From: Phyllobates terribilis
Lineage: Eukaryota
Assembly (NCBI RefSeq): GCF_046119375.1
Contig: NW_027362765.1
Location: forward strand, 122,636,001 to 122,700,000
Direction: 5' to 3'
DNA length: 64,000 nucleotides
Shown here: positions 46,765 through 60,604 of the stretch, piece after piece
Numbering within the stretch: position 1 is the first letter of the stretch
How the letters are laid out: every line of letters begins with the position of its first letter
The notes under the pieces: generated by a model
What the model saw: only the letters and a program-made list of their open reading frames with translations
The model's database searches: none
Told to the model about the DNA's origin: nothing
Translations under genes and position numbers: made by a program

Positions 46765-47521
46765 TCCCTTCCTGACATATGACGTACAGCTACTTCATAT
46801 GTCGAGTCCCTGACTTTGATGCGGGCTCACAAACTGAGCCTGCATCTTTCCCGGCAGATGATTTCTGTATTATTCAATTATTCTCCTTTGAAAGCCAGTC
46901 TGTAGCTGGCATTCATAGCAGACCGTGATTTTTGCTATATATAGTAGTGCTGATTACTTTTTTTTTGGCTGCTGCAACATTGCAATAAAATGCAATAAGA
47001 GGCGATCAAAACATTATATCTACCTCAAAATGGTATTAAAAAAATCTTCAGCACAGGGTGCAAAAAAATAGCCCCACACAGCCCCCTATCTCGAAAACTA
47101 AAATTGTTTTGGGTCTCAGAAAACAGTGACAAAAGCAATTTTCTTTTTTTTTTTTTTTACAAATTTCCCCCCAAAATTTTCACCACTTGAATGAAAAAAA
47201 ACCCGATACATTTGGTATCTGCATGCTCTTCCTGGCCTGGAGAATCATAATGGCACTTCAGTTTTACCATATAGTGAACATGGTAAATAAAAAAATAAAA
47301 ACCAATTTTGGAATTGCACTTTTTTTGCAATTTCAATGCACTTGGAATTTTTTCCTGCTTTCCAGTGCATCACATGATAAAATGAATGGTTTTATTCAAA
47401 AGTATAATTCGTCTCGCGAAAAACAAGCCATGTGGCTATGTGGATAGAAAAATAAAATGTGGCTCTTGGAAGAAGGGGAGGAAAAAATGAAAATATGGAT
47501 ACTGGCCGCAGCGTGAAGCGG
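46765..47521. mobile_element. Short piggyBac-like non-autonomous element
   Basis: TTAA-TCCCTTCCTGAC ... GTGAAGCGG-TTAA; internal sequence related to the larger TTAA elements. Confidence 0.65.
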
Positions 47522-48525
47522 TTAATCAGTCTTTTTATTTTGGATGTGCTGGATCAATAATGGTTGAGATGTAGAAGTCAAAGCAGCTTTCTGCAAACTT
47601 GGGTTAGAAAATAATAATGAATTTAAAGGGGTAATCCAGCACTTATTTTCTTCTACAGGACTAAGTACTTATCGGCAGGTAGTCGCTAACTACCTGCCTG
47701 TTCTATCTTTCTTGGCTTGGCAAAAAATGGATGCTGGCACGTTTAGGCAGGCTGCGCTGCGGGAATGAAGAGCCTTGGGATTCCAAAATGGTTTTTAGTA
47801 ACACTAATGCGTTTCTGCCTCAGACTGGGTCTATTGATGGCAGCATTGTTGTAAAACCAACAACTTGGAATATTTTTAGGGAAAAAACAAGTTTGTCTAT
47901 TTTCTATAATATAACCCCAGGATCATTAAATATGTGCAGTATTTATGAGCCTGGATTTGTATTCCATCAGCTGGAAGATGGGTTGTAACAGGTGCTAACC
48001 TGTTAACTCTGTTATATGGAATATTCGAAGTAAATCAGATTTGTGTAATTGGGTTATTACTTCCTTTTCACCCAGTAATGATATTATAGCAGGTAACATT
48101 GTTACAGCAGGATGAAAAGGCAATGGAACATGGTAGAAATTGTTAGAGTTGAAGGCGCCCTATATAAATAATGGTCACTTGTGATTAACCTCTGCAGAAC
48201 TAAAGCAATTTTTCATACTAGACATAGTTTGGCTTTTGCCCATGGTCCAGTCCTTGCTTAGGAGCCACATGCACTCGAACGTCTATTGTGATCACTGTAT
48301 TAGCTGTAGCTGAACAAGGATGGTAAATATTACATTGAATGTGTTGAAGATACATGTGAATGATCTCATACTTGATGATGGCATTGTGCTTCGAATATCA
48401 TGTCAGGAAACAAAAAAAAAAGAGGCGCAATGTAAAAAGCGAAAGCGAGAAATAAACAGGATAACACATCTCATTTAGAGGACCCACATTGCCTGTAACT
48501 GCAGTTAGAGTCTTGATACTCTTAA

Positions 48526-48814
48526 GTCCCCAATACACATTAGATGGCTGTCAGCTGAATGATCCTTTGGCCAAATATTCAGCCGACAGCCATCTTGACT
48601 CTCCCATACTCAATGCGGCTCTTTCGGCCTAGCACTACAGTGTTCTCTAAGAGAGGACTGTTGACAGACACGTCGGCCAGCAACTTAATTCTAGTAGAAC
48701 AATGCAATTGACAGGCCGAAAATCAGACTTCAAGATCAACACCAGACATTTGACCATCAGCCAAACTCATCAATATCAGCCGCTTCGGCCAACATCTAAT
48801 GTATATGGGGGCCC
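48526..48814. mobile_element. MITE, PIF/Harbinger-like
   Basis: TIR ...CCCCAATACACATTAGATG / CATCTAATGTATATGGGGGCC, flanked by TAA/TTA. Confidence 0.6.
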
Positions 48815-49569
48815 TTAGGGCTCCAGGACTTTATTTTCAGAAGAACAAGGAAAAGAAACTGTAAAAAAGAGAAATTTAGAGGGGTATAATAATAAAGTAG
48901 TATAGAAATGTAGGATTGGGTGGAATTTGTGACAAGAGGTCAAAAAAATATCAGTAGTATATTGAACGCCATATGCACAGATAGCAATTTTTCCTGCTGT
49001 ATAATGACAAGATATCTATGCAATGTGATTTTGTCTGTGAATTTGCTCTGATTTAAATTCAGCCATATGTAACTTTCTTAGATTGATATTAAGAGGGGTG
49101 ACTTGAAATCACAGTGACCCATGTCACAATACATATTTTAGAGTCACAGATGTGACAAATCTGTCCTTGTCACACAAAATTGTGAACTATGTTTTGTAAG
49201 TGCTTTTGAAATGATGAGGGTAAAATGGAGGTCAGCGCCAAAATGAGCGTCGGGGTGGGTGCCACACAGCTGAGGGTCTCTTTATCTTTTTCTTGCAGTA
49301 AGTAGAGTTTATACTATTATTTGTTTTGTAACAATGCTACTCACTTGGGAGCGATCTGAGGTATCAGAGGAACCATTTTTATTTAAAGTCCGGCTGGTTT
49401 ATTTCAGTCCTCATAAACCACATCATAGGAAAACTTAAATACAGCCTTTTTCCACCACAAAGTGAACATAAAGTAACAAGTTCATACAATAGTCCATACA
49501 ATAGTCCAGCTTTTTAGTCCTTTAGCAAAGGCACTCAATCCAGGAGATCTGCACACTTCCATACACACA

Positions 49570-50350
49570 GCCATAGCAGCTATTTTACCATGAAGGCCTG
49601 CTGCACAAAGTCTCCTCTTAACAGTTGTTGAAGAGATGTGTCTGCTGCTAGAACTCTGTGTGGCATTGACCTGGTCTCTAATGCGAGCTGCTGTTAACCT
49701 GCGATTTTTGAGGCTGGTGACTCGGATAAACTTATCCTCAGAAGCAGAGGTGACTCTTGGTCTTCCTTTCCTGGGGCGGTCCTCATGTGAGACAGTTTCT
49801 TTGTAGCGCTTGATGGTTTTTGCAACTGCACTTGGGGACACTTTCAAAGTTTGCCCAATTTTACGGACTGACTGACCTTCATTTCTTAAAGTAATGATGG
49901 CCACTCGTTTTTCTTTACTTAGCTGCTTTTTTCTTGCCATAATACAAATTCTAACAGTCTATTCAGTAGGACTATCAGCTGTGTATTCACCAGACTTCTG
50001 TACAACACAACCGATAGTCCCAACCCCATAAGGCGAGAAGTCCCACTTATTAAACCTGACAGGGCACACCTGTGAAGTGAAAACCATTTCTGGTGACTAC
50101 CTCTTGAAGCTCATCAAGAGAATGCCAAGAGCGTTCAAAGGAGTCATCAAAGCAAAAGGTGGCTACTTTGAAGAACCTAGAATATAAGACATATTTTCAG
50201 TTGTTTCACACTTTTTTGTTAAGTATTTAATTCCACATGTGTTAATTCATAGTTTTGATGCCTTCAGTGTGAATGTACAATTTTCATAGTCATGAAAATA
50301 CAGAAAAATGTTTAAATGAGAAGGTGTGTCCAAACTTTTGGTCTGTATTG
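49570..50350 (-). mobile_element. Truncated Tc1 element (5' half)
   Basis: ORF MARKKQLSKEKRVAIITLRNEGQSVRKI...RLCAAGLHGKIAA is cut after the DNA-binding domain. Terminus CAATACAGACCAAAAGTTTGGACACACC next to TA. Confidence 0.88.
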
Positions 50351-50382
50351 TATATATATATATATATGCATATGTATATATA

Positions 50383-51554
50383 CAGGTGCATCTCACTAAA
50401 TTAGAACATCATCAAAAAGTAAATTTATTTCAGTTCTTCAATACAATAAGTGAAACTGATATATTATATGGAGTCATTACAAACTGAGTGATCTATTTCA
50501 AGTGTTTATTTCTGTTAATGTTGATGATTATGGCTTACAGCCAATGAAAACACAAAAGTCATTATCTCAGTAAACTAGAATACATTATAACAACAGCTTG
50601 AAAAATGTTTTTAAAATCCGAAATGTTGGCCTACTAAAATGTATGTTCAGTAAATGCCCTCAATACTTGGTCGGGGCTCCTTTTGCATCAATTACTGCAT
50701 CAATGCGGTGTGGCATGGAGGCGATCAGCCTGTGGCACTGCTGAAGTGTTATGGAAGCCCAGGTTGCTTTGATAGCAGCCTTCAGCTCGTCTGCATTGTT
50801 GGGTTTGGTGTCTCTCATCTTCCTCTTGACAATACCCCATATTCTCTATGGGGTTAAGGTCAGACGAGTTTGCTGACCAATCAAGCACAGTGATACTGTT
50901 GTTTTTAAACCAGGTATTGGTACTTTTGGCAGTGTGGACAGATGCCAAGTCCTGCTGGAGAATGAAATTTCCATCTCCAAAAAGCTTGTCGACAGAGGGA
51001 AGCATGAAGTGCTCTAAAATTTCCTGGTAGACGGCTGCGCTGACTTTGGTCTTGATAAAACACAGTGTACCTACACCAGCAGATGACATGGCTCCCTAAA
51101 CCATCACTGATTGTGGAAACTTAACACTAGACCTCAAGCAGCTTGGATTGTGTGCCTCTCCACTCTTCCTCCAGACTCTGGGACCTTGATTTCCAAATAA
51201 AATACAAAATGAACTTTGCATTTACTTAGTGTCAATGACTGCCTTCTGGACATCCGTTAAGTCAGCCGTCTTCACCATGATTGTGGAGCCTACTGAAACA
51301 GACGAAGGGACCTTTTTAAATGCGTAGGAAGCCTTTGCAGGTGTTTTTTGTTAATTATTCTAACTTAACCGAGTTAATGACTATTGTGTTTTAATTGGCT
51401 GTAAGCCATAATCATCAACATTAACAGAAATAAACACTTGAAATAGATCACTCTTTTTATAATAACTCTATATAATATATGAGTTTCACTTTTTGTATTG
51501 AAGAACTGAAATAAATTAACATTTTGATGATATTCTAATTTAGTGAGATGCACC

Positions 51555-51556
<2 letters not shown>
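50383..51556 (-). mobile_element. Internally deleted Tc1 element with long TIRs
   Basis: ~200-bp TIRs starting CAGGTGCATCTCACTAAATTAGAA, in (TA)n context. Peptides ILQQDLA, LDWSANSSDLNPIEN. Confidence 0.9.
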
Positions 51557-51599
<43 letters not shown>

Positions 51600-52255
51600 C
51601 AAGCCACAGCTTCCATAACTTCATGGTTGACCCACGGTGACAGTCTACATATTTCTCTCCTGGAATGGATATTTTTCTAGAACAATCTGTCAAATAGCTC
51701 TGGAGAAATTTTTTAATGTTTTGATTTTAGTAGGGTACATAACCTAACATATGGAAGACTCTGAAACAAACCAATGCAAGGATATTTTTTTGCTAATAAT
51801 ATAAAAGTGATATGCAACCACAATTCTAAAAAACTGGGATGATGTGTAAAGAAAACAAGAATGTATTGATTTAGAAATCTCCTATAACCATATTTTATTC
51901 ACAACAGAACATATGACAAAGATCAGAATGTGAACATTAGACATTTTTCTATTTCATTTAAAAAAATGTACTCATTTATAAATTTATGGCAGCAGCACAT
52001 CTCAAAAAAGTTGGGACAGACCTGTGTCTTTCATTGTGTTGCATCCCCTCGTCTTTTTACATGTCTGTAAAGTCTGTAAGCATCTGGGAAGTGACAAATC
52101 CCATTACTTCAGTTTTGGGTGAAGAATGTTGTCCCATTCTGGTCTGATGTAGTATTCTCACTGCTCACAGTCCTGGGTCTTCTTTGACCAATTTTTTGCT
52201 TCATAATACACCAAATGTTTTCTATTGGTGAAAGGTCTGGATGGCAGGTGGCCTT

Positions 52256-53135
52256 TTACATAGTTACACAAGTTGAAAAAAGACCTAGATCCATCAACTT
52301 CAACATTTCTCCACCAGTTATGCATGCTTTATCACTAAATTATCTATAATCCATGTCATTTTTGCTGAGGAAAGCACCAAGCCCTTTTTTAAAAGCTGTT
52401 ATAGTATCTGTCATTACTACCTCTTGTTGTAAGGCAATTCACAGTCTGACTGCTCTAACGGTAAAGAACCCTTTCCTGTTTAGCTGTGGGAATTGCCTTT
52501 CTTTCACCTGTAGTGAGTGTCCCCTGGTCCTTAGTATGGTCTTTGGAAGGAATAAGTCATGTGCCAGTCCTTGTACTGACCACACATGTATTTATACACA
52601 TAAATGAGATCTCCTCTGAGCCTAAATAAGCCCAACTTTACCAACCTCTCATCATATCACAGGACTTCCATCCCTTGTAATAATCTAGTTGCCCTCCTTT
52701 GAACTGACTCTAACTTCCGAATATCCTTTTTAAAATGTGGAGTCCAAAACTGGATCCCATATTCTAGATGTGACCTTACAAATGATTTATAAAGGGGTAA
52801 TAATACATTAGGATCACAGGATTTTATCTCTCTTTTTATACACCCTATAATCTTGTTTGCTTTTGCGGCTGCTGCTTGACATTAAGTACTGCTGCTCAGC
52901 TTTCATGTTACCAGAATACTCAAGTCTTTCTCTTCTTCTGTAGTCCCGAGTATTCTTCCATTTAATGTACATGCAGCAATGGGATTACTCTGTCCTCGGT
53001 GCATTACCCTACATTTATCAACATTAAACCTCATCTGTCCAGTCTTTGCCAATTCAGACATCTTATCCAGATTTTTTTGTAATATTGTACTGTCACAGTC
53101 TGTTTTCAATATCCTACATACCATAGTTTGGTGTC
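52256..53135 (-). mobile_element. 5'-truncated CR1 LINE
   Basis: DTKL...LQKNLDKM...QMRFNVDKCRVMH...TLNG...EKDL, and a 3' CTATGTAA-type tail at 52256. Confidence 0.9.
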
Positions 53136-53522
53136 GACAACCACTACCTGAGAATACATATACCTCAAGGAGAAAGAAATGTGAACATAGGTCAAAAAAG
53201 TAATACATCTTTAGATACAAATTAAACACTCCTGGAAGAAGCTGAGCTAAACGAGTGTCACTGTGAAGGGACCCGGTGCTCCATCTTATTGTGGCAGCTA
53301 ACATCATTTTAAGGTAGTATTTTCTATCCTAATTAGCCACTTTAGCCTGCTACAAGCCCACAATTGTTTTGTAGTTTAGTGATTTATATATATTTTTGTG
53401 GATTATCTTGTGACATCTATTTTGGCTGACATGGTTCCATTTTGTCAGAAAAAATTGGCACTCCAATTATATCATGCAGAAGACATATTGTGAAAAAAAG
53501 ATCCAATTTGTTGCCAATACAC

Positions 53523-53561
53523 AATTAACGTTTGAGCCGTTTATTGACCTTCCTCAGAACT
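53523..53561 (-). ncRNA. Highly degenerate hammerhead-like motif
   Basis: Minus strand reads TT-CTGAGGA-A-GGTC-AATAAAC-GGCT-CAAACGTT-AA. Confidence 0.35.
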
Positions 53562-55257
53562 ATAGAAAAAAAAAACAATATATTACTGTAAGTATATTAT
53601 ACGAAAAAGAAAAACAAAATACATAGATATATGGCAATATATAAAGGAAATAAGCAATTGTAATGCAATAAGAGATCCATTCATATGATAATCCATAGCA
53701 GATAAGAAAATTAACTCATGTCACACAGTGAAGTATATAGTCTCATATAATGGTATAATGTTGCTATAAATCATCAAGAGTGAAAAAGAAAAGGAAATTG
53801 CAGAAATCACCATTACCAAAATGTTGAGACAAAATGGGCATGATTGAAAGCAAGCTGAAAAGAAATATAATACCATATTAGTATAAGAAAAGGAAAATGC
53901 TCCATAGAGTTCACACTAAAACATAGCAAAAAAGGTCTCCTGTTAACCCTGTTCCAACTTTTTTGAGATGTGTTGCTGCCATCAAATTGTAAATAAGTTT
54001 TTCAAATGTGAAGGAAAAATGTCTAACTTTCAACTTCTGACATATGTTTTCTATATACACAACTTTTTTGGAATTGGGATTGTATATTTTGTCAACCCTT
54101 TCTGCATATTTACTGAGAAATTACTGCTACTCATAACTCATACATGACCAGTTTCAGAGACCTGATGGTGGTCTCCATAAGTAGAACTTATACTTTCACC
54201 AAAGGTAGATTACACTTGCCTGACCAAGGACCCTCTATGTGATGATGGTGCGTAGGTTGTCTAATTCTTTCTCTGTTTGTGGTACTGAGCGCTGCTGATT
54301 GCTCTGCTTTCCCTTTATTGTTTCTAAGCCTTGTAGATTATTTTAAGGAGACCTCTTAAAAGTATTAAGAGGCTTTTTATTCCTCCTACGCTGAAGTCAT
54401 TGAAGAAGGGCCACTTCCAGAACAATGCCTTATCTAATACCTTCTTAAGAGCATTTTCTCAAAATATTATTAATTTTGGTTACTGAGTTTATGGTCCGCC
54501 ATCAAGCACAATAATCCTGCATAAACTATGTAGATATGTATCAGTATAAGGTAATGAATATCACAATATGAATAAGGGCCGAGCAGGACTGGGTCCTGAA
54601 TATGGATACCCAGCAAATGGGAAGCTATATAAATGTAATGTCTTGCTTAAAGGAAGGGAGGTGCAGAAACGTGAAACTTAATTGAAAAAAATGACCTGGA
54701 GTAGAAGATGGTATGCATGCAAAATAGGAATGAACCAAGATAACGGTGAAGAAGACCCTAGGTTTGAACAAGATCAATCTTCCTACAGATCGTTCATCCA
54801 TCAATTCGCCATGGCTTGAGATGAAGGCCGTTAAAGAAAAAAACAAACATATCTTGAGGCACACAGTGTGCTGTTGAACTTTTTGATATGAATGTAATGC
54901 AACTTTCACCTGTTTGTACTTGCTTTATACTTTTATGAGGTGATGGATAAATACATTCCTCCAGCTTTTTTAATGTTGCTGTAGGCCTCTTAGCAGCAAC
55001 CCTGACTAATTTTCTTCTTATCTTTTAATCAATTTTTTCTAGTTCACTGTTGTGCCAAACGTAAGCCACTTCACGATGACGTCTTCACAATGTTCTATGA
55101 TATATCTAATATCTTGGAAATGTTTTTGCATCTTTCTTCTGAGTAATAACTTTCAACAATGAGATCCTTTGCTGTGCTGTAAGCTGTTTACTGACCATGG
55201 CTTTTTCTGTAAAAATGTAACTAAGAAAATGTCAGGAAAATCCTACTAGAACTGCTA

Positions 55258-55370
55258 CATTCATGGCCGAAAGTGTTGGCACCCTTGAAATTGTTCCAGA
55301 AAATGAAGTATTTCTCCCAGAAATTTTTTGCAATTGCACATGTTTTGTTATACACATGTTTATTTTATTT
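55258..55370 (+). mobile_element. Tc1 TIR fragment
   Basis: TA-CATTCATGGCCGAAAGTGTTGGCACCCTTG; related reverse-oriented pieces at 55960-56115. Confidence 0.65.
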
Positions 55371-55405
55371 CAGGTGTGATTTTCATATTGTCCACACCTG
55401 TTACT

Positions 55406-55900
55406 TGTCACAGGTGAGTTTGAATGAGCATCACATGTGTGGCAAGACGACTCACTCGGCTGCAGTCCGAAGTAGACACAGGAACGGTTTCATCTGCAGG
55501 TTTATTATGTCAGCATAAAACACTACAGACTTCAGCAAAAATAAACTCAGCCTTGCTGGCATAAAGGTAAAACAAAGGACAAAAAGGGCAAATGGTAACA
55601 CAGTCCATATGTGTGCAGGTTCGCCCTGCACCAATTTGCAGCACCTTCAACTCCTCTCTGAGCTGAAGTTACACAGCCTGGAGACTTGTCTCTCCAGACT
55701 CACCAACACAGAAAAAAAACAGGACTGAGCATTTAAACCTTGCTCAGCCATACCCTGAGGAGAGGTAGGGGAATGGCCTCCCACCCTCTTTGTCATTACC
55801 ATAAAACTACACCCTTTAATAAAAGTTAACCCTCATCATATAACATGCTGGCAGAAATTTAGTAGGTTTCAGTTCACACAGGAGAGCAACCTGAGTGACA
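55406..55900 (-). mobile_element. LTR with adjacent polypurine-tract remnant
   Basis: TGTCAC...GTGACA termini. The minus-strand purine tract AGGGGAGG (55905-55912) lies 4 nt from the LTR start. Confidence 0.6.
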
Positions 55901-56651
55901 TATACCTCCCCTTGTATATCACACCAGTAATTCTGCCACACATGCTTGAAACAAAGTTGTTTACCCACAATTTTGGAAAGGTGCCAACAATTTTGTCCGA
56001 CCCATTTTTGGGGTTTTGTTTGAAATTATATTCAATTTGTCTTTTTTTCTCAGTTTTTTTTGTGTTATTGCAATATACACAGAGGAAATAAACATGCGTA
56101 TAACAAAACATGTGCACATAGGTAGATTATAATGAGGGCAATATGGGCTGCCGACCGGGGCCTGGAGTTCCGGGGGGCCCATGGCCAGATTGCCCTCATT
56201 ATAATATGTGGGCGCCAATGCGGCACACAGCTGAAGGCAGAGGGCCCCAGACTGCTCCTGCAGCAGCTGCGCATAGCCGCTGCTTCTTCTTCGGCCGGGC
56301 CAGCACTGCATCTGTTAACTTCCCTGTGTGCTGGCCCGGACGCATCACAGCTAGGAGACACGGCCCTGTGCACGGCCGTGTCTGCTAGCATGATGTCACG
56401 CAGTGTGCACCCTGCACTGCTGCACCTGAGAGGAGCTGGACGACTGGAGTCGAGCCGGGGGATGGTGAGTGTGTGAGTGAGTGTGTGAGCCATTGAGTGT
56501 GTGATTGAGCGTGTGATTGAGTGTGTGATTGAGTTATTGTGTGTGTGTGTAGGCAGATATCATTGTGTGATGTCTGTTTATATGTATTATTGTGTTTCAA
56601 ATGTGTTTATGCATGTATGTATATGTCTGTATATGTTTGTGTGTGTGCGTG

Positions 56652-59600
56652 ACTGCGTGCGGCCTCCCGCTGTATCTGGGGGGCGCTGTGCGGTATCCTG
56701 TTGTGTATAGATGGCTACGTGCGGCCTCCCGCTGTATCTGGGGGGCGCCGTGCGGCCTCCCGCTGTGTATAGATGGCTTCATGCGGCCTCCTGCTGTGTA
56801 TAGATGGCTACGTGCGGCCTCCTGCTGTGTATAGACGGCTACGTGCGGCCTCCTTCTCTGTATAGATGGCTACGTGTGGCCCCCCTGCTGTGTATAGATG
56901 GGTACGTGTGGCCTCCCGCTGTGTATAGATGGCTACGTGCGGCCACCTGCTGTGTATAGATGGCTACGTGTGGCCTCCCGCTGTGTATAGATGGCGCCGT
57001 GCTGCCTCTCGCTGTGTATAGATGGCTACGTGTGGCCCCCTGCTGTGTATAGATGGCTACGTGCGGCCTCCCGCGATGTATAGATGGCTACGTTTGGCCT
57101 CCCACTGTGTATAGATGGCTACATGTGGCCTCCTGCTGTGCATAAATGGCTATGTGCGGCCTCCCTCTGTGTATAGACGGCTATGTGCGGCTTCCTTCTC
57201 TGTATAGATGGCTATGTGCGGCCCCCTGCTGTGTATAGATGGCTATGTGTGGCCTCCCGCTGTGTATGGATGGCTACGTGCGGCCTCCCGCTGTGTATAG
57301 ATGGTGCCATGCGGGCTCCCGCTGTGTACAGATGGCTACGTGTGGCCCCTGCTGTGTATAGATGGCACAGTGCTGCCTCCCGCTGTGTATAGATAGCTAC
57401 GTATGGCCTCCCGCTGTGTATAGATGGCTCCGTGCGGCTTCCCGCTGTGTATAGATGGCACCGTGCGGCCTGCTGCTGTGTATAGATGGAACCGTGCGTC
57501 CTCTCGCTGTGTATAGCTGGCACCGTGTGGCCTCCTGCTGTGCATATATGGCACCATGCGTCCTCTCGCTGTGTATAGCTGGCACAGTGTGGCCTCCTGC
57601 TGTGTATAGATGGCTACGTGCGGCCTCCTGCTGTGTATAGATGGCTACGTGCGGCCTCCCGCTGTGTATAGATGGCTACATGCCCCCCCTGCTGTGTATA
57701 GATGGCTACGTGCGGCCCCCTGCTGTGTATAGATGGCGCCGTGCCTCCTCTCGCTGTGTATAGATGGCTATGTACGGCCCCCTGCTGTGTATAGATGGCT
57801 ACGTGCGGCCTCCCGCTGTGTATAGATGGCACTGAGCGGCCTCCCGCTGTGTATAGATGGTACCGTGCAGACTCCCGCTGTGTATGGATGGCTACGTGCG
57901 TCCTCCCGCTGTGTATAGATGGCACCGTGCTGCCTCCTGCTGTGTATAGATGGCACTGTGTTGCCTCCCACTGTGTATGGATGGCTATGTGCGGCCTCCC
58001 GCTGTGTATAGATGGTGCAGTGCTGCCTCCCACTGTGTATAGATAGCTACGTATGGCCTCCCGCTGTGTATAGATGGCTCCGTGCGGCTTCCCGCTGTGT
58101 ATAGATGGCACCGTGCGGCCTGCTGCTGTGTATAGATGGAACCGTGCGTCCTCTCGCTGTGTATAGCTGGCACTGTGTGGCCTCCTGCTGTGTACATATG
58201 GCACCATGCGTCCTCTCGCTGTGTATAGCTGGCACAGTGTGGCCTCCTGCTGTGTATAGATGGCTACGTGCGGCCTCCTGCTGTGTATAGATGGCTACGT
58301 GTGGCCTCCCGCTGTGCATAGATGGCTACATGCCCCCCCTGCTGTGTATAGATGGCTAGGTGCGGCCCCCTGCTGTGTATAGATGGTGCCGTGCTTCCTC
58401 TCGCTGTGTATAGATGGCTACGTACGGCCCCCTGCTGTGTATAGATGGCTACGTGCGGCCTCCCGCTGGGTATAGATGGCACCGAGCGGCCTCCCGCTGT
58501 GTATAGATGGCACCGTGCAGCCTCCTGCTGTGTATAGATGGCACTGTGTTGCCTCCCACTGTGTATGGATGGCTACGTGCGGCCTCCCGCTGTGTATAGA
58601 TGGCGCAGTGCTGCCTCCCGCTGTGTATAGATAGCTACGTATGGCCTCCCGCTGTGTATAGATGGCTCTGTGCGGCCTCCCGCTGTGTATAGATGGCACC
58701 GTGCGGCCTGCTGCTGTGTATAGATGGAGCCGTTCGTCCTCTCGCAGTGTATAGCTGGCACCGTGTGGCCTCCTGCTGTGTATAGATGGCACCGTGCGTC
58801 CTCTCGCTGTGTATAGCTGGCACCGTGTGGCCTCCTGCTGTGTATAGATGGCTACGTGCGGCCTCCTGCTGTGTATAGATGGCTACGTGCGGCCTCCCGC
58901 TGTGTATAGATGGCTACATGCCCCCCCTGCTGTGTATAGATGGCTATGTGCGGCCCCCTGCTGTGTATAGATGGCTACGTGCGGCCCCCTGCTGTGTATA
59001 GATGACGCCGTGCTTCCTCTCGCTGTGTATAGATGGCTACTTACGGCCCCCTGCTGTGTATAGATGGCTACGTGCGGCCTCCCGCTGTGTATAGATGGCA
59101 CCGAGCGGCCTCCCGCTGTGTATAGATGGCACCGTGCAGCCTCCCGCTGTGTATGGATGGCTACGTGCGGCCTCCCGCTGTGTATAGATGGCACCGTGCT
59201 GCCTCCCGCTGTGTATAGATGGCACTGTGTTCCCTCCCGCTGTGTATAGATGGCACCATGCGGCCCCCTGCTGTGTATAGATGCCTATGTGCGGCCTCCT
59301 GCTGTGTATAGGTGGCACCGTGCGGCCTCCTGCTGTGTATAGATGGCTACGTGCGGCCTCCCGCTGTGTATAGATGGCTATGTGCGGCCTCCCGCTGAGT
59401 ATAGATGGCTACCTGCGGCCTCCTGCTGTGTATAGATGGCACTTTGCGGCCTCCCGCTGTGTATAGATGGCTACATGCGGCCTCCTGCTGTGTATAAATG
59501 GTGCCGTGCGGCCTCCCGCTGTGTATTGATGGCTCTGTGCGGCCCCCTGCTGTGTATAGTTGGCTATGTGCGGCCCCCTTCTGTGCATAGATGGCACCAT

Positions 59601-60604
59601 GCGGCCTCCTGCTGTGTATAGATGGTGCCGTGCAGCCTCCTGCTGTGTATAGATGTCATCGTGCGGCCTCCTGCTGTGTATAGATGGTACGTGCGGCCTC
59701 CTGCTGTGTATAGATGGCTATGTGCGGCCTACTGCTGTGTATTAATGGCTATGTGTGGCCTCCTGCTGTGTATAGATGGTGCTGTGCGGCCTCCCGCTGT
59801 GTACAGATGGCTACTTGTGGCCTCCTGCTGTGTATAGATGGCCACGTGCGGCCTCCCGCTGTGTATAGATGGCTACGTTTGGCCTCCCGCTGTGTATAGA
59901 TGGCTACATGCGGCCTCCCGCTATGTATAGAGGGCACTGTGCGGCCTCCTGCTGTGTAGATGGCTGCGTGTGGCCTCCTGCTGTGCATAGATGGCTACAT
60001 GCGGCCTCCTGCTGTATAGATGGCTACGTGTGGCCTCCCGCTGTATATAGATGGCTATGTGCGGGCTCCTGCTGAGTATAGATGGCTACCTGCGGCCTCC
60101 TGCTGTGTATAGATGGCTATGTACAGCCTCCCGTTGTGTATAGATGGCTACGTGCAGCCTCCTGCTGTGTATAGATGGCTATGTGCGGCCTCCCGCTGTG
60201 TATAGATGGCTATGTGCGGCCCCCTGCTGTGTATAGTTGGCTACGTGCGGCCCCCTTCTGTGTGTAGATGGCACGGTGCGGCCTCCAGCTGTGTATAGAT
60301 GGCACCTTGCGGCCTCCTGCTGTGTATAGATGGCTACATGTGGCCTCCTGCTGTGCATAGATGGCTACGTGCAGCCTCCTGCTGTGTATAGATGGCTACG
60401 TGCGGCCTCCTGCTGTGTATAGATGGTGCCGTGCGGCCTTCCGCTGTGTATAGATGGCTATGTGCGGCCCCCTGTTGTGTATAGTTGGCTATGTGCGGCC
60501 CCCTTCTGTGTGTAGATGGCACAGTGCGGACTCCCGCTGTGTATAGATGGCACCGTGCGGCCTCCTGCTGTGTATAGATGGTTATGTGCTGCCTCCTGCT
60601 GTTT
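56652..60604. repeat. 31-bp minisatellite, ~125 copies, preceded by a GT-rich microsatellite (56460-56650)
   Basis: Recurrent GCTGTGTATAGATGGCTACGTGCGGCCTCC(C/T); period 31 measured at 56811/56842/56873. Confidence 0.97.

Larger units (their letters stand above)
51815..54082 (-). mobile_element. Tc1 remnants (TIR pieces and transposase C-terminus), interrupted by CR1 and other DNA
   Basis: CAACCACAATTCTAAAAAACTGGG at the left; AACTTTTTTGGAATTGGGATTG-TA at the right; SPDLSPIENIW-like coding remnant at ~52100-52250. Confidence 0.7.
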
